64,000 bases of DNA from Polyangia bacterium (GTDB lineage Bacteria > Myxococcota_A > Polyangia > Palsa-1104 > SHYY01). Location: the NCBI GenBank assembly GCA_036263495.1, contig DATAGU010000153.1, positions 4,611-68,610 of the forward strand. Reading direction: 5' to 3'. A program made the translations under genes and the position numbers. Of this stretch, positions 29,062 through 42,331 are shown in pieces. Numbering within the stretch: the stretch's first letter is position 1; each line of letters begins with the position of its first letter. The notes under the pieces were generated by a model. That model saw only the letters and a list, made by a program, of their open reading frames with translations, ran no database searches and was not told the DNA's origin.

Positions 29062-29135
29062 GCTTCACCTCGATGCGATGATCGGGAGAGCGAGAGTCTA
29101 GCGAGCTGGCACCAAGGCATGTTTCGCGGTGCAGC
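29062..29135 (-). promoter_or_regulatory. Conserved 5' leader of the toxin gene (three copies in the window)
   Basis: The ~75 nt upstream of the toxin ATG are near-identical to 27006-27065 and 61932-61985. Confidence 0.4.
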
Positions 29136-29171
29136 CTCGGCGGCGAGGGCATCTCGGCGCAAGGCTGCCTG

Positions 29172-29470
29172 ATGGTGGATCGACCATGTCGACATGATCG
29201 CAGGATATGTCGACATGGTGGATCGACCATGTCGACATGGTCGCGGGATATGTCGACATGGTCACGGGATATGTCGACATGGTCGGGGGATATGTCGACA
29301 TGGTCGGGGGATATGTCGACATAGTCGCGGGATATGTCGACATAGTCGCGGGATATGTCGACATAGTCGCGGGATATGTCGACATGGTCGCGGGATATGT
29401 CGACATGGTGGGTCGACTATGTCGACATGGTCGCGGGATATGTCGACATGGTGGATCAACCATGTTCACA
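29172..29470. repeat. 21-bp tandem repeat array (~14 units, consensus ATGTCGACATGGTCGCGGGAT) containing the palindrome ATGTCGACAT
   Basis: Direct reading shows a near-perfect 21-nt periodicity. All six frames are open (heptapeptide artefact ORFs MSTYPAT and YVDMVAG). Confidence 0.9.
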
Positions 29471-29523
29471 TGGTGTGGTTACAGGTGCGATATAGGGTTT
29501 ATTATCCTATAATCATAAAATTC

Positions 29524-29552
29524 TTGACCTGCGGCATGGATCCTCTTTTAAT
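29524..29552 (+). promoter_or_regulatory. Sigma70-like promoter TTGACC-N17-TTTAAT in an AT-rich stretch
   Basis: TTGACC 29524-29529, 17-nt spacer, TTTAAT 29547-29552, located 38 nt upstream of ATG 29590. Confidence 0.4.
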
Positions 29553-29589
29553 GATCCTGTTTTATTTTACATCGGGTGAGGGGAATACC

Positions 29590-30219
29590 ATGACGAAGAA
29601 AACGGCATCCTCTGCAGAGGCTCCTTCGGCGGCGGAGTCGCTGGAGCCAGCGGCTCCGCCCGTCGATGGGGGGGTCGAGAAGGGCACGGTGGCGGATACT
29701 CGCCGCAGCCCGATGGCTCCTCTGGCCAATCTCTATAAGCCACCGGCCACGTATCGTGAGCTCGATGGCGACACGATCCGTGGCTTGAGCAAGATCTCCG
29801 ACTCGCAGAAGGCCGAGCTGCAGCTGGCCGCCCAGCAGGCCATCAGCCAACAGTCGACGATGCAGGCCCGCTTCGGTGAGATCGCGCCGGATACGTCGGC
29901 GTTGAGCGGTCTCTGGCAGCGCTATCAGGACGCCGAGGCGGCGCGACAAACCGCCCTGGCCCAGGTGGCCTATTTTGGTGACATCGCGGCCGTCGCCCTG
30001 CACGACGTTCTTCAGATCCTCTATCTCGTGGACGAGACGGTCCGCGCGCCGGCGGGTCGCAATACGCAGATCGCGAGCGACTTCTCGGCGGTCCTCAGGA
30101 TCTCCGACCAGCGCAGCCAGGCGATCCGCGAGGGGCGGGCGCGCGCTCGCGCGGAGAAGAAGCAGAGCGGCGGCGATGGCAGCCCGGCCGAGCCCCCGAA
30201 GAACGACGAGTCGAAGTAA
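29590..30219 (+). CDS. Hypothetical protein (Ala/Gln-rich, predicted helical)
   Basis: GGGGAATACC precedes ATG 29590. The longer listed ORF 29194..30219 would translate the tandem array and is rejected. Confidence 0.5.
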   Translation: MTKKTASSAEAPSAAESLEPAAPPVDGGVEKGTVADTRRSPMAPLANLYKPPATYRELDGDTIRGLSKISDSQKAELQLAAQQAISQQSTMQARFGEIAPDTSALSGLWQRYQDAEAARQTALAQVAYFGDIAAVALHDVLQILYLVDETVRAPAGRNTQIASDFSAVLRISDQRSQAIREGRARARAEKKQSGGDGSPAEPPKNDESK

Positions 30220-30394
30220 CACCAGCGGACGCTGGCGAGTTCGATATCCTCTGCCGGTTCCATGGTCCTGGATCCCCGCTCGGGTTCAAGCCCATGGGGG
30301 CGCCGAGATGTTCCCCTGTGGGACGGTGGCGTCTTCCCTTGCAGTAGGGAATGGATCTGCTTATTTTCAATGAAAAATTTGCGGGGATCAGAAG

Positions 30395-30820
30395 ATGGCT
30401 GAGTCGACGGCTGGGTCCAGCGGCGGTGGCAAGGCGTTCATCGCGGACAAGAGTCAGTGGCCTTTCGTGACGCTGCTCACGCCCAAGGGCGAGATCGACG
30501 TGGGGAGCTTCTTCTCCATCATCGACTCCTGCCTCGAGCGGCAATCCACGTTCGTCGTGCTGCACGACATTCGCGGGATGGGGTCCCTCTCGCCGCTGCA
30601 ACGAAAGCAGTTCTCGGAGTACATCAAGAGCCGGGAAATGTCCCTGAAGCAGTACATCGCGGCGCACGCGGTGGTGGTCAGCTCGGCGATCGAGCGCGGG
30701 ATCGTGACGGCGGTGTTGTGGGTGAGCCCGCCGCCGTTCCCGGTGCGCGTCTTCACCTCGCCGACCGACGCCGAGACCTGGGTCCGGGGGGAGCTGAAGA
30801 CGCGCTTGATGCGAAAGTAG
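30395..30820 (+). CDS. Hypothetical 141-aa protein
   Basis: Clean ORF with codon usage like its neighbours; no motif recognised. Confidence 0.45.
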   Translation: MAESTAGSSGGGKAFIADKSQWPFVTLLTPKGEIDVGSFFSIIDSCLERQSTFVVLHDIRGMGSLSPLQRKQFSEYIKSREMSLKQYIAAHAVVVSSAIERGIVTAVLWVSPPPFPVRVFTSPTDAETWVRGELKTRLMRK

Positions 30821-31225
30821 TTCCTCGAGCACGCCGGGTCTCCGGTGTGTCGCTCTCTGTGATCCCGATCCTCGGGTGATCTCTACGGGCCTCTTCAGGC
30901 CCGGATATCTCGCGGACAAGGTGCGTATATGTGTGAGCTGGTGCTCGTCGAGCACGACGCCAGCCATTTGTCCCGCGATCCCCTACAGAGCGCCTAAGAC
31001 CCTATAATTCCACATCAATTCCTACATTGAAGGTGTCTCTGCGCCTGGCAGGTTCTCCGCGGCATTTCCGCTCCGATAAAACACAAGCAATATTGAATCT
31101 TTGTGGGATTCTTCTCCCTCTTTTTTGATCACGACTACAAAATCTCGTATTGCTGATCACGGTTTTTCGTTGCGGTGAACGACCGGCGAAGAGCGCAACT
31201 TGCATCAATAGAGATGGGAGGCGCC

Positions 31226-32848
31226 ATGACACTTGCCCACATTTCCGTCCCTGCCTCGGCATTCTCCAGGTCCTCATCGCGATTGATCTCGACCAGGGAC
31301 ACACGCCATCAGGAGCTCCTGGGGGCTCTTCAGCAAGCGGACGTCACGTCTCTGCCGCTGCAAGGGGGCTCGGCGGGCAGCCGTGCGCTGCTGCAGTTCA
31401 TCGAGCAGGAGCTCGAGGAGCCTTATCGCTCGTCGGCGCTGCGGCTCATCGACGGCAAGCCCTGCTTCGAGGCGGAGCCCGCGCGCTTCGACAAGCTGCT
31501 CGCGAGCCTGCGGCAGTATCGCCGGCTGATGTTCGACCGGTTCCTGATGGCGCCGCGGCCCTTCGACGAGTGGCGCGCGCTCCTCGGCAGTACGCTCTAC
31601 GGGGTGGTGAAGTACTCGGTGCGGCTCTATTCGTGGCAGGACGATCCGCACCTGTTCCCGGCGCAGCGGGCGTTGCTGGCGGAGGAGGCGGTGCTGCCGA
31701 TGGTGCTGCTCATCGCGGAGCGCTTCCCGGAGGAGCCGCTGGTGGCGGAGCCGGGGGATCGGTTGACGATGCTGTCGCAGGACTTCACGGCGCTCACCCA
31801 CAAGATGGCGCTCGCGGGGCAGCTCAAGAAGGTGCGCGGGGAGGTGGTGCTGAAGTGGTGCCACGCGAACATCACGAATACGACGCAGCGCTACTGCGAC
31901 GCGCACGGGCGGCCGTGTCTGTCGGCGAAGCTGCAGTCGGCGCTGGCGAGCGTGAAGGTGAAGCTGGTCATCTTCAACATCCTGCTCGACGAGCTGGCGG
32001 ATGACGTGCAGAGCCCGGAGCTGTTCGAGCTCTGTGCGCGGATCCCGTATGCCGGGGAGGGGGTGATCGGGCCGGTGTCACAGGAGCGGCTCGAGGCGCT
32101 CTTGGCCGAGGTGCCGCGGGCCTGGAGGGAGTATTTCGAGCTGGCGGCGCGGGTGTGGAATGCGGCGCTCCGGACGCTCTGTCTGCTGGTCGGGGAGGAG
32201 GCGTTCGTCAAGCACGGGCGGCAGCTCCACTGGGACTATGACCAGATCGTCGAGAGCATGCGCTTTGCGCTGAAGGCGAACCGGATGGCCCCGGACGAGA
32301 TGTTCGAGGACCAGGACGTGGGGATGCTGCTCGCGCACAACATGAACATGATGGCGTTCGAGACGATCGACCGGATGGCGATCGAGCGCGCGGCGCCGGC
32401 GGTGGCGGCGGTGCTGGATCGGGATTTGGCGCTGTATGAGGCGATCCGCGAGATCAATCTCTATCTCCAGTACAACGGCCAGCTCGGCAACTCGATCGCG
32501 ACGCTCGACGCCGAGATCGACGAGAACTGCGTGGCCAATGAGATCGTGCTGTTCGCGCGCAAGCACCGGGCGGGTCGCTGGCTCTTGCAGTGTTTCGCCG
32601 AGCGCCGGGCGGCGCTCGATGATGGGGACGTCGAGGCGTGCGACGCGATCGGGGCGCAGATCCGACAGATCATCGGGCAGACGCAGGCGCGCCGGCGCTA
32701 TCTGGCGCAGTGGGAGGAGATGCGCTGGCGCATCCTCGACGTGATGGATCGGCACCCGGCGATCTGGAAGGTGCTCGACGTGCTGGCGATGATGAAGGCC
32801 AATGACCAGCTCATGATCATGAGCTGGGTGTATCGCGGCGAGATCTGA
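31226..32848 (+). CDS. Large hypothetical alpha-helical protein (about 540 aa)
   Basis: Follows a ~390-bp AT-rich intergenic region. GGGAGG sits just before ATG 31226 (alternative ATG at 31214). No canonical DDxxD/NSE terpene synthase motifs were found. Confidence 0.5.
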   Translation: MTLAHISVPASAFSRSSSRLISTRDTRHQELLGALQQADVTSLPLQGGSAGSRALLQFIEQELEEPYRSSALRLIDGKPCFEAEPARFDKLLASLRQYRRLMFDRFLMAPRPFDEWRALLGSTLYGVVKYSVRLYSWQDDPHLFPAQRALLAEEAVLPMVLLIAERFPEEPLVAEPGDRLTMLSQDFTALTHKMALAGQLKKVRGEVVLKWCHANITNTTQRYCDAHGRPCLSAKLQSALASVKVKLVIFNILLDELADDVQSPELFELCARIPYAGEGVIGPVSQERLEALLAEVPRAWREYFELAARVWNAALRTLCLLVGEEAFVKHGRQLHWDYDQIVESMRFALKANRMAPDEMFEDQDVGMLLAHNMNMMAFETIDRMAIERAAPAVAAVLDRDLALYEAIREINLYLQYNGQLGNSIATLDAEIDENCVANEIVLFARKHRAGRWLLQCFAERRAALDDGDVEACDAIGAQIRQIIGQTQARRRYLAQWEEMRWRILDVMDRHPAIWKVLDVLAMMKANDQLMIMSWVYRGEI

Positions 32849-32934
32849 GCCGAACACCACAGCTGGCGGCGCCGAAACGGGCCGTCAACTGTGGTGTCGG
32901 GGCTGAGCGGGAGAGGGCCCTGGGGGGGGCTGGA

Positions 32935-36369
<3,435 letters not shown>

Positions 36370-36688
36370 GGGGCCTCCTAATCGGGATGCCTTGAATACA
36401 AAAGGATGGGGGGCGAGTCAGACTAACGAACCTGTGCGGGCGCTCGCAAGCCCTTGGCGCTCATCGCCATGGCAGGCCCAGGACCGGGCGCGCCCTGTGA
36501 GCAGACCAGGCTTGACGCTTCTCCATCGAGACGGCTAGCGTAGCGGCCATGTGGGTGCGTACCATCGGCCTGTACTCCGAGGAGGCCGATCGCGCCGCCG
36601 CGAAGCAGGGGTCCACCCTCATCGCCAAGGAGTCTCGCCACATGTGCTCTCAACTCACAGGCTGGGCGACCGCGTCGCCGTCAATCCG

Positions 36689-38116
36689 ATGAAGCAGCGC
36701 CGCCATCTCGCGTCCTGGTGCTCATTCCTCCTTGTGTTGCTCTGCGCTCCGCTCGCCGCCCTGGGCGACGATGACAAGCCGCTCCCCCGTCAGATCGGCA
36801 GCCCACCACCGCCCGAGGTGACCGGGACCGGGTTCTCGTTCGGCAGTTATGGTCGCGTGGGCATCGGCATCGATGGCCGCGGCCACTCGGGCTATGACGT
36901 CAACGTCGTCTCCCACGGGTCGCGCCTCGAGTTGCCCCCGTACCTCGAGCTCGACCTTTATTATGGCGGTCAGATCGGGAACACCGACGCGCGCTGGCGC
37001 GTGATCCTGGCCACGGCCTTCGACGGTCAGATCTTCCATTACACCGGGACGTTCGCCTCGCGCTTCGGCGTGCGCAACGCCTACGTCGAGACCGATGGGC
37101 TGGGTGTGAAGGGCCTGAACATCTGGGCCGGCTCGCGGCAGCTGCGCGGGGACGACATCTATCTCCTCAATTACTGGCCGCTCGACAATCTGAATACGGT
37201 CGGCGCAGGGGCCAGCCTGTACCGGGAGCGGCTGTACCTCCAGATCCACGGCGGGGCGAACCGCCTCGATGACGCGACGCAGTTCGATACGGTCACGCTG
37301 CCGGCGCGCGGTCTCGGTCCGCCGGTGCAGGCGGTGGTGACGGACCGGCCGCGCTCGATCGGCAGCTTCAAGGCGACCTATTTCCTCGGGCCCAAGAACG
37401 TCCAGTGGGGGGCCAAGGTGTCGGTGTATGGCGAGTTCCACTTCCTGCCGACGGGACAGCGGGTGTACCTCCCGCAGCAGCGGACCGAGAAGCTGCCGGC
37501 CGATACGGGCTGGGTCGCGGGCCTGCAGCTCGGTGGCTGGCTCCGGCCCTTCACCTTCGTCAATCTCTGGTTCCGCTCGGCCGGCGGGCTCGGGGCCCTC
37601 GGCGAGCTGACGCCACAGCGCGGGGTCGATCTCACCCGCCGCACGGCCGCCACGCGGGAGTACCTCGGGGCGTTGTCGCTCAATTACGAGACGCAGTGGA
37701 TCGGCGTCCAGGGGGCGGCGTTCGTTCGCCGCTACAAGGACGCGTCGCCGGGCTCGTACCAGCGGGACAACTACCTCGAGGGCATCCTCATCGTCCGGCC
37801 GCACATCTATCTGTCGAAGTACTTCCAGGTGGCGAACGAGTACTCGTTCCAGCAGCGCCAGTACGGGGGCTTCGACCCGGAGGCCAACCGCCGCCTGACG
37901 CCGCGGGTCTTCCGGGCCAGCATCTTCCCGATCGTGGCGCCGTTCGGGCGCGGCACGTACAGCCGCCCGATCATCTATGGCGTCTTCACGTACTCGCGGC
38001 TGTCCGAGGACGCGCGCACCCAGCTCTTCGACCCGAACGACGTGCGGTACACGTCGAAGAACGTGCTCTATCTCGGTCTTGGCGCCGAGTGGTGGTTCAA
38101 CAGCTCGTATCGGTGA
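36689..38116 (+). CDS. Predicted outer-membrane beta-barrel protein (candidate maltodextrin/glycan porin)
   Basis: Signal peptide MKQRRHLASWCSFLLVLLCAPLAALG, alternating amphipathic beta-strand pattern rich in Y/G/R, aromatic C-terminus (...GLGAEWWFNSSYR). It sits between the pullulanase and three amylase genes. Confidence 0.45.
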   Translation: MKQRRHLASWCSFLLVLLCAPLAALGDDDKPLPRQIGSPPPPEVTGTGFSFGSYGRVGIGIDGRGHSGYDVNVVSHGSRLELPPYLELDLYYGGQIGNTDARWRVILATAFDGQIFHYTGTFASRFGVRNAYVETDGLGVKGLNIWAGSRQLRGDDIYLLNYWPLDNLNTVGAGASLYRERLYLQIHGGANRLDDATQFDTVTLPARGLGPPVQAVVTDRPRSIGSFKATYFLGPKNVQWGAKVSVYGEFHFLPTGQRVYLPQQRTEKLPADTGWVAGLQLGGWLRPFTFVNLWFRSAGGLGALGELTPQRGVDLTRRTAATREYLGALSLNYETQWIGVQGAAFVRRYKDASPGSYQRDNYLEGILIVRPHIYLSKYFQVANEYSFQQRQYGGFDPEANRRLTPRVFRASIFPIVAPFGRGTYSRPIIYGVFTYSRLSEDARTQLFDPNDVRYTSKNVLYLGLGAEWWFNSSYR

Positions 38117-38126
38117 GGACAGGGAT

Positions 38127-40016
38127 ATGGATATGGACAGGAGTTCTTGGATGAGCTGTCGTTCCCTCCGGGCCCTGGCGGCGTTCGCCCTGGTGCCTGC
38201 GCTCGGCGCCTGCCTCGACGTGAACCCGGTGCAGGACGATTTCAAGATCACGTCCAACGTGGTCGACTGGCGGGACGAGGTGATCTACCAGCTGCTGGTC
38301 GACCGGTTTGGCAACGGCGACTACAACAATGATCAGGGCGTGGACCCGAGCGGTCTGGCGCGCTATCAGGGCGGCGACTGGCAGGGGGTGATCGATCACC
38401 TCGACTATCTCGAGGCGCTCGGCGTGACGGCGCTCTGGATCTCGCCCGTGATCCGCAACGTGGACACCGACGCCAACGTCGATGGCTACCACGGCTACTG
38501 GGCGCAGGACTTCACGCTGACCAACCCGCACATGGGCGACCTCGCCAAGCTGCGCGAGCTCGTGAACACGGCGCACGCGCGGGGCTTCAAGGTGATCCTC
38601 GACATCGTCGCCAACCACGTCGGCCAGCTGTTCTACTACGACATCAACGGCAACGGCTTCCCCGACGAGACGCTGTATGGCTCGGGCGGCGACTCGACGG
38701 AGGTGCAGCGGGTCACGGAGTATGACCCGGACTTCAACCGGAACGGCCGGATCCAGGCGCGCACGTCGCTCGGCGAGTCGGGCGACGCCCAGATCCGCTT
38801 CATCTATCTGCCCGAGATCCATCGCATGCCGCCCATGCCGATCGAGTTCCAGAACCCGAACTGGTACTACCGGCGGGGCCGCACGGTGCACTTCGACCCG
38901 TACGTGGATCCGTTCAACCCGGCGCGCAGCTGCGACGCGCAGTGCGCGCTCGCGCAGACGCTGTATGGCGACTTTCCGGGGGGGCTCAAGGACGTGAACA
39001 CGGACCGCCCGGACGTGCAGCGGGCGTTCGTGGACGTCTACATGCGCTGGGTGGAGCTGGCCGACTTCGATGCCTTCCGCATCGATACGCTCAAGCACGT
39101 GGACCACCCGTTCTGGGAGTACTTCGCGCCCCAGATCCGCGCCCGCACCAAGGCGCTCGGCAAGAAGAACTTCTTCATGTTCGGCGAGGCGTTCGACGGC
39201 CGGGACGACCTCGTGGGGAGCTTCACGACCGGGACCAAGCAGGTGGATTCGGCCTTCTTCTTCCCGCAGAAGTTCGCGGTCATCGACCGGGTCATCAAGT
39301 ACGGCCAGGAGGGCACGACGTCGATCGAGAACCAGTTCCGGGCGCGGCTCAACTTCTACGGCCGTCAGCCCAAGGACAACGGGCCCGTGGCCGCCGACGG
39401 AACGCCGCTCACCACGCAGCAGCTCATGGTGAACTTCCTCGACAATCACGACATCGCCCGCTTCCTCTATCAGTACAAGGGGGCGGACGCGATCCCGGCG
39501 CTGCACCAGGCGCTGACGTTCCTCTTCACCGAGGACGGCATCCCCTGCGTGTATTACGGCACGGAGCAGCAGTTCAGTGGCGGCAACGACCCGGCCAACC
39601 GCGAGCGCCTGTGGGACTCGGGCTACAACACCACGGGCGAGACGTTCCGCTGGATCCGGACGCTGTCGGACATGCGCAAGAAGTTCCGCCCGCTGCGCCG
39701 CGGCAACCTGGACATCCGCTGGTCGACCCCGCGCATCGGTGACGAGAGCGACGCCGGCATCTTCGCCTTCGAGCGCAACGACGGCGGCAAGCGGGTGCTG
39801 GTGGTGATGAACGTCAACACCCGGCACGCGTCGTCGACGCAGGCGCCCGATGGCTCGCGCATGACCCTCAGCTTCCCGCCCGGGACGGTGCTGGTGAACG
39901 TGCTCGGCGACAACGACATCGCGCAGACGGGCTTCGATGGTTCGGCGGTGATCACCGTGCCGCCGCGCACGACCCGGGTCTATGTGGCGCAGGAGGATCG
40001 GGACGGGATTCCGTAG
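38127..40016 (+). CDS. Alpha-amylase family (GH13) lipoprotein
   Basis: Lipobox VPALGAC; DIVANHV, AFRIDTLKHV, FGEAFDG and LDNHD motifs. Confidence 0.85.
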   Translation: MDMDRSSWMSCRSLRALAAFALVPALGACLDVNPVQDDFKITSNVVDWRDEVIYQLLVDRFGNGDYNNDQGVDPSGLARYQGGDWQGVIDHLDYLEALGVTALWISPVIRNVDTDANVDGYHGYWAQDFTLTNPHMGDLAKLRELVNTAHARGFKVILDIVANHVGQLFYYDINGNGFPDETLYGSGGDSTEVQRVTEYDPDFNRNGRIQARTSLGESGDAQIRFIYLPEIHRMPPMPIEFQNPNWYYRRGRTVHFDPYVDPFNPARSCDAQCALAQTLYGDFPGGLKDVNTDRPDVQRAFVDVYMRWVELADFDAFRIDTLKHVDHPFWEYFAPQIRARTKALGKKNFFMFGEAFDGRDDLVGSFTTGTKQVDSAFFFPQKFAVIDRVIKYGQEGTTSIENQFRARLNFYGRQPKDNGPVAADGTPLTTQQLMVNFLDNHDIARFLYQYKGADAIPALHQALTFLFTEDGIPCVYYGTEQQFSGGNDPANRERLWDSGYNTTGETFRWIRTLSDMRKKFRPLRRGNLDIRWSTPRIGDESDAGIFAFERNDGGKRVLVVMNVNTRHASSTQAPDGSRMTLSFPPGTVLVNVLGDNDIAQTGFDGSAVITVPPRTTRVYVAQEDRDGIP

Positions 40017-40039
40017 TGAGTCTTTCCGGGGTGTGATGT

Positions 40040-42331
40040 ATGCGGCGAGTGTTGCTTGTCCTGGCCGCCTCCCTCGTGGGGGGCGGCTGTACCGAGGCGC
40101 CCCCACCTGAGAAGGTGCCTCGGGTGTGCAGGTTGGAGGCGTGGTACAGACCGGCGCGGGCCGAGGCCAACCCGAACCTCGATCTGACGGCGCAGGAGGC
40201 GCGGCGGCCGGAGCTCCTCGGGAGCTGGAACGGATGGAAGCGCCCGGGGCTCTTGCGCTGGGAGAAGCGCGTGACGCGCGATGGGACGGAGTGGCGCCGC
40301 GCGGTGATGAACCTGCCGCCCGGGACGTATGAGTACGGGATCCGTCTCGGCCAGCACTTCGTCCTCGACGAGACCAATCCGCAATCGACCTTCGTCACGG
40401 ATCCCCTGGCGTCGCCGGAGAGCGAACCGGTGACCTATGGGGTGGAGGTCTCGCGGATCGAGGTCGAGGATTGTTCCAAGCCGGTGCTGTACGTCGACGC
40501 GCTGCAGACGGTCGGGAGCGGGCTCGAGCTGCGCGCCGGGCTCCAGCCGGGGCGTGAGGGGGGGGCGCTGGATCCCGCCTCGTTGCAGTGGGAGTTGCGG
40601 CGCGGCCGCGAGCAGTTGCCGGCGGGGAGCCTGCAGCTCACGACCGAGGGCGACCTCATCACGCTGCGGGCCGCGGGCCTGGCGCCGGGCAAGTACACCC
40701 TCGCGCTCGAGGGGGCGGACCGGGAGGGGCGGCGCGCGGCACGCACCACGGTCAGCGCCTTTGTCGAGGCGGACGGGGGCGAGGGGGTGCGGCCGCTCGG
40801 CGATGGCCTCGTTTATCAGCTCATCGTCGATCGGTTCAGGAACGAGAACGGGGCGCTCGCGCCGCCCGACCTGCCGGGGGACCGCGCGGGCGGCGACCTG
40901 GCGGGTGTGCAGGCGGCGATCGAAGCGGGGTACTTCGAGCGGATGGGGGTGACCACGCTGTGGCTCTCGCCCCTGTACCAGAACCCGGCGGGGCGGCGGC
41001 TCGGGCGGGATGGTCGGCTGTACGAGGCGTACCACGGGTACTGGCCGAGCGAGCCGCGGTCGGTGGAGACGCGCTTCGGCGGCGAGGCGGCGCTCGACTC
41101 GCTGATCGCGGCGGCCCATGCGCGCGGCGTGCGCATCGTGGCCGACGCGGTGCCGAATCATGTTTACGAGTCGCATCCTTATTATCTCGCGCACTCGCGC
41201 CTGGCGAGCGACGTGTCCGCGAGCCCGGACCCCACGGCGGCGAGCTGGTTCAACGACGGCCCGAGCAAGTGCATCTGCGGTTACTCGCCGTGCGGCTGGG
41301 ACCAGACCTGCTGGTTCGACCGGTACCTGCCGGACTTCAACTGGCAGAACCCCGCGCTCGAGGACATCGGGGCCGAGGACCTCGTCTGGTGGACGAATCG
41401 CTTCGATCTGGATGGCCTGCGCATCGACGCGGTGCCGCTCATGCCGCGCGCGGCGACGCGGCTCATCAACCGCCGGGTGCGCCAGTCGGTGCGGCGGTTC
41501 GGGCTCGATGGGCTCCTCATCGGCGAGACCTACACCGGGCCCGGGGACCTCGGGCGCTCCGAGATCCGCGCCTACCTCGGCCTCAACTTCGATGGGCTCG
41601 ACAGCCAGTTCGACTTCCCGCTCATGTGGGCGACGCGCTCGGCGTTCGCCTTCGATCAGCTCGGGCTCGACGATCTGGAAGGGGAGGTGGAGGCGGGGGA
41701 CCGCGCGTGGGCCGGGTCGGGGGCGACGATCGCGCACATCATCGGCAACCACGACACGACGCGTTTCATCTCCGAGGCGGCCGGGGACGCGAACGTCGAT
41801 CCCTGGCTCGAGCCGCCCCCCCAGCCGACCGTGGACGGGCCCTACCTGCGGCACTTCCTGGCGATGACGTTCATGCTCACCCTGCCCGGGCTGCCGGTGA
41901 TATATCAGGGCGATGAAGTGGCCCTGGCCGGAGCGGGCGATCCGGATTGTCGGCGCGTGATGCCGGATGTCCTCGGGACCCTGCCGCCACGCCAGGCGGC
42001 GATGCTCGACAACGTATCGCGCCTCGGGCGGCTGCGCCGCTGTCTGCCGGCGCTGCGCCGCGGCACGAGGCAGGTCCTCTACAAGGATCGCGACCACTTG
42101 ATCGCGCTCCTTCAGCCCCCGGCGGGCGCTTCCGGGGGGCCGGCGCTGGTCGTGCTGGCCCATGGTCGTGCCCAGGGGGCCATCCCCATCCCGGGGATCC
42201 CTGCCGGGCGCTATCGCGACGCGTTGTCGGACACGCGCATCGAAGCGTCATCTACGACTTCGACTGTATTGAATGTAGCCCCCTGGACGGCTGCGGTCTT
42301 TCTGGAGGAAACCAGCCCATGCCACGAATGA
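40040..42331 (+). CDS. Alpha-amylase family (GH13) lipoprotein with an N-terminal E-set/CBM48-like domain
   Basis: LVGGGC lipobox; DAVPNHV, GLRIDAVPLM, IGETY and IGNHD motifs. Confidence 0.85.
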   Translation: MRRVLLVLAASLVGGGCTEAPPPEKVPRVCRLEAWYRPARAEANPNLDLTAQEARRPELLGSWNGWKRPGLLRWEKRVTRDGTEWRRAVMNLPPGTYEYGIRLGQHFVLDETNPQSTFVTDPLASPESEPVTYGVEVSRIEVEDCSKPVLYVDALQTVGSGLELRAGLQPGREGGALDPASLQWELRRGREQLPAGSLQLTTEGDLITLRAAGLAPGKYTLALEGADREGRRAARTTVSAFVEADGGEGVRPLGDGLVYQLIVDRFRNENGALAPPDLPGDRAGGDLAGVQAAIEAGYFERMGVTTLWLSPLYQNPAGRRLGRDGRLYEAYHGYWPSEPRSVETRFGGEAALDSLIAAAHARGVRIVADAVPNHVYESHPYYLAHSRLASDVSASPDPTAASWFNDGPSKCICGYSPCGWDQTCWFDRYLPDFNWQNPALEDIGAEDLVWWTNRFDLDGLRIDAVPLMPRAATRLINRRVRQSVRRFGLDGLLIGETYTGPGDLGRSEIRAYLGLNFDGLDSQFDFPLMWATRSAFAFDQLGLDDLEGEVEAGDRAWAGSGATIAHIIGNHDTTRFISEAAGDANVDPWLEPPPQPTVDGPYLRHFLAMTFMLTLPGLPVIYQGDEVALAGAGDPDCRRVMPDVLGTLPPRQAAMLDNVSRLGRLRRCLPALRRGTRQVLYKDRDHLIALLQPPAGASGGPALVVLAHGRAQGAIPIPGIPAGRYRDALSDTRIEASSTTSTVLNVAPWTAAVFLEETSPCHE

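Noticed and set aside
27831-29216. 461-aa minus ORF, plus 28049..28672, 28132..28647 and 28790..29230
   Set aside because: Alternative frames of the toxin gene. Only frame 27670..29061 has a signal peptide, an AHH motif and an ATGA junction with the immunity gene.
29172-29470. CRISPR array?
   Set aside because: Units are contiguous 21-mers with no unique spacers, and no cas genes are present. This is a tandem minisatellite or iteron-like array, not CRISPR. The same applies to 47265-47603.
29098-29512. ORFs 29098..29469, 29207..29512, 29262..29459 and the 5' half of 29194..30219 (MSTYPAT, YVDMVAG, CRHGRGI heptad repeats)
   Set aside because: These are translations of the 21-bp tandem array in all six frames. 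No RBS, and the real downstream gene has its own promoter and RBS at 29590.
31216-32848. Terpene synthase call for the 540-aa protein
   Set aside because: No DDxxD or NSE/DTE metal-binding motifs were found on inspection; left as hypothetical.
36722-38257. 511-aa minus ORF
   Set aside because: Antisense to the predicted OM beta-barrel gene and to the start of the amylase gene.
38097-42163. Minus ORFs 38097..40106 and 39980..42163
   Set aside because: Antisense to two GH13 genes with intact catalytic motifs.
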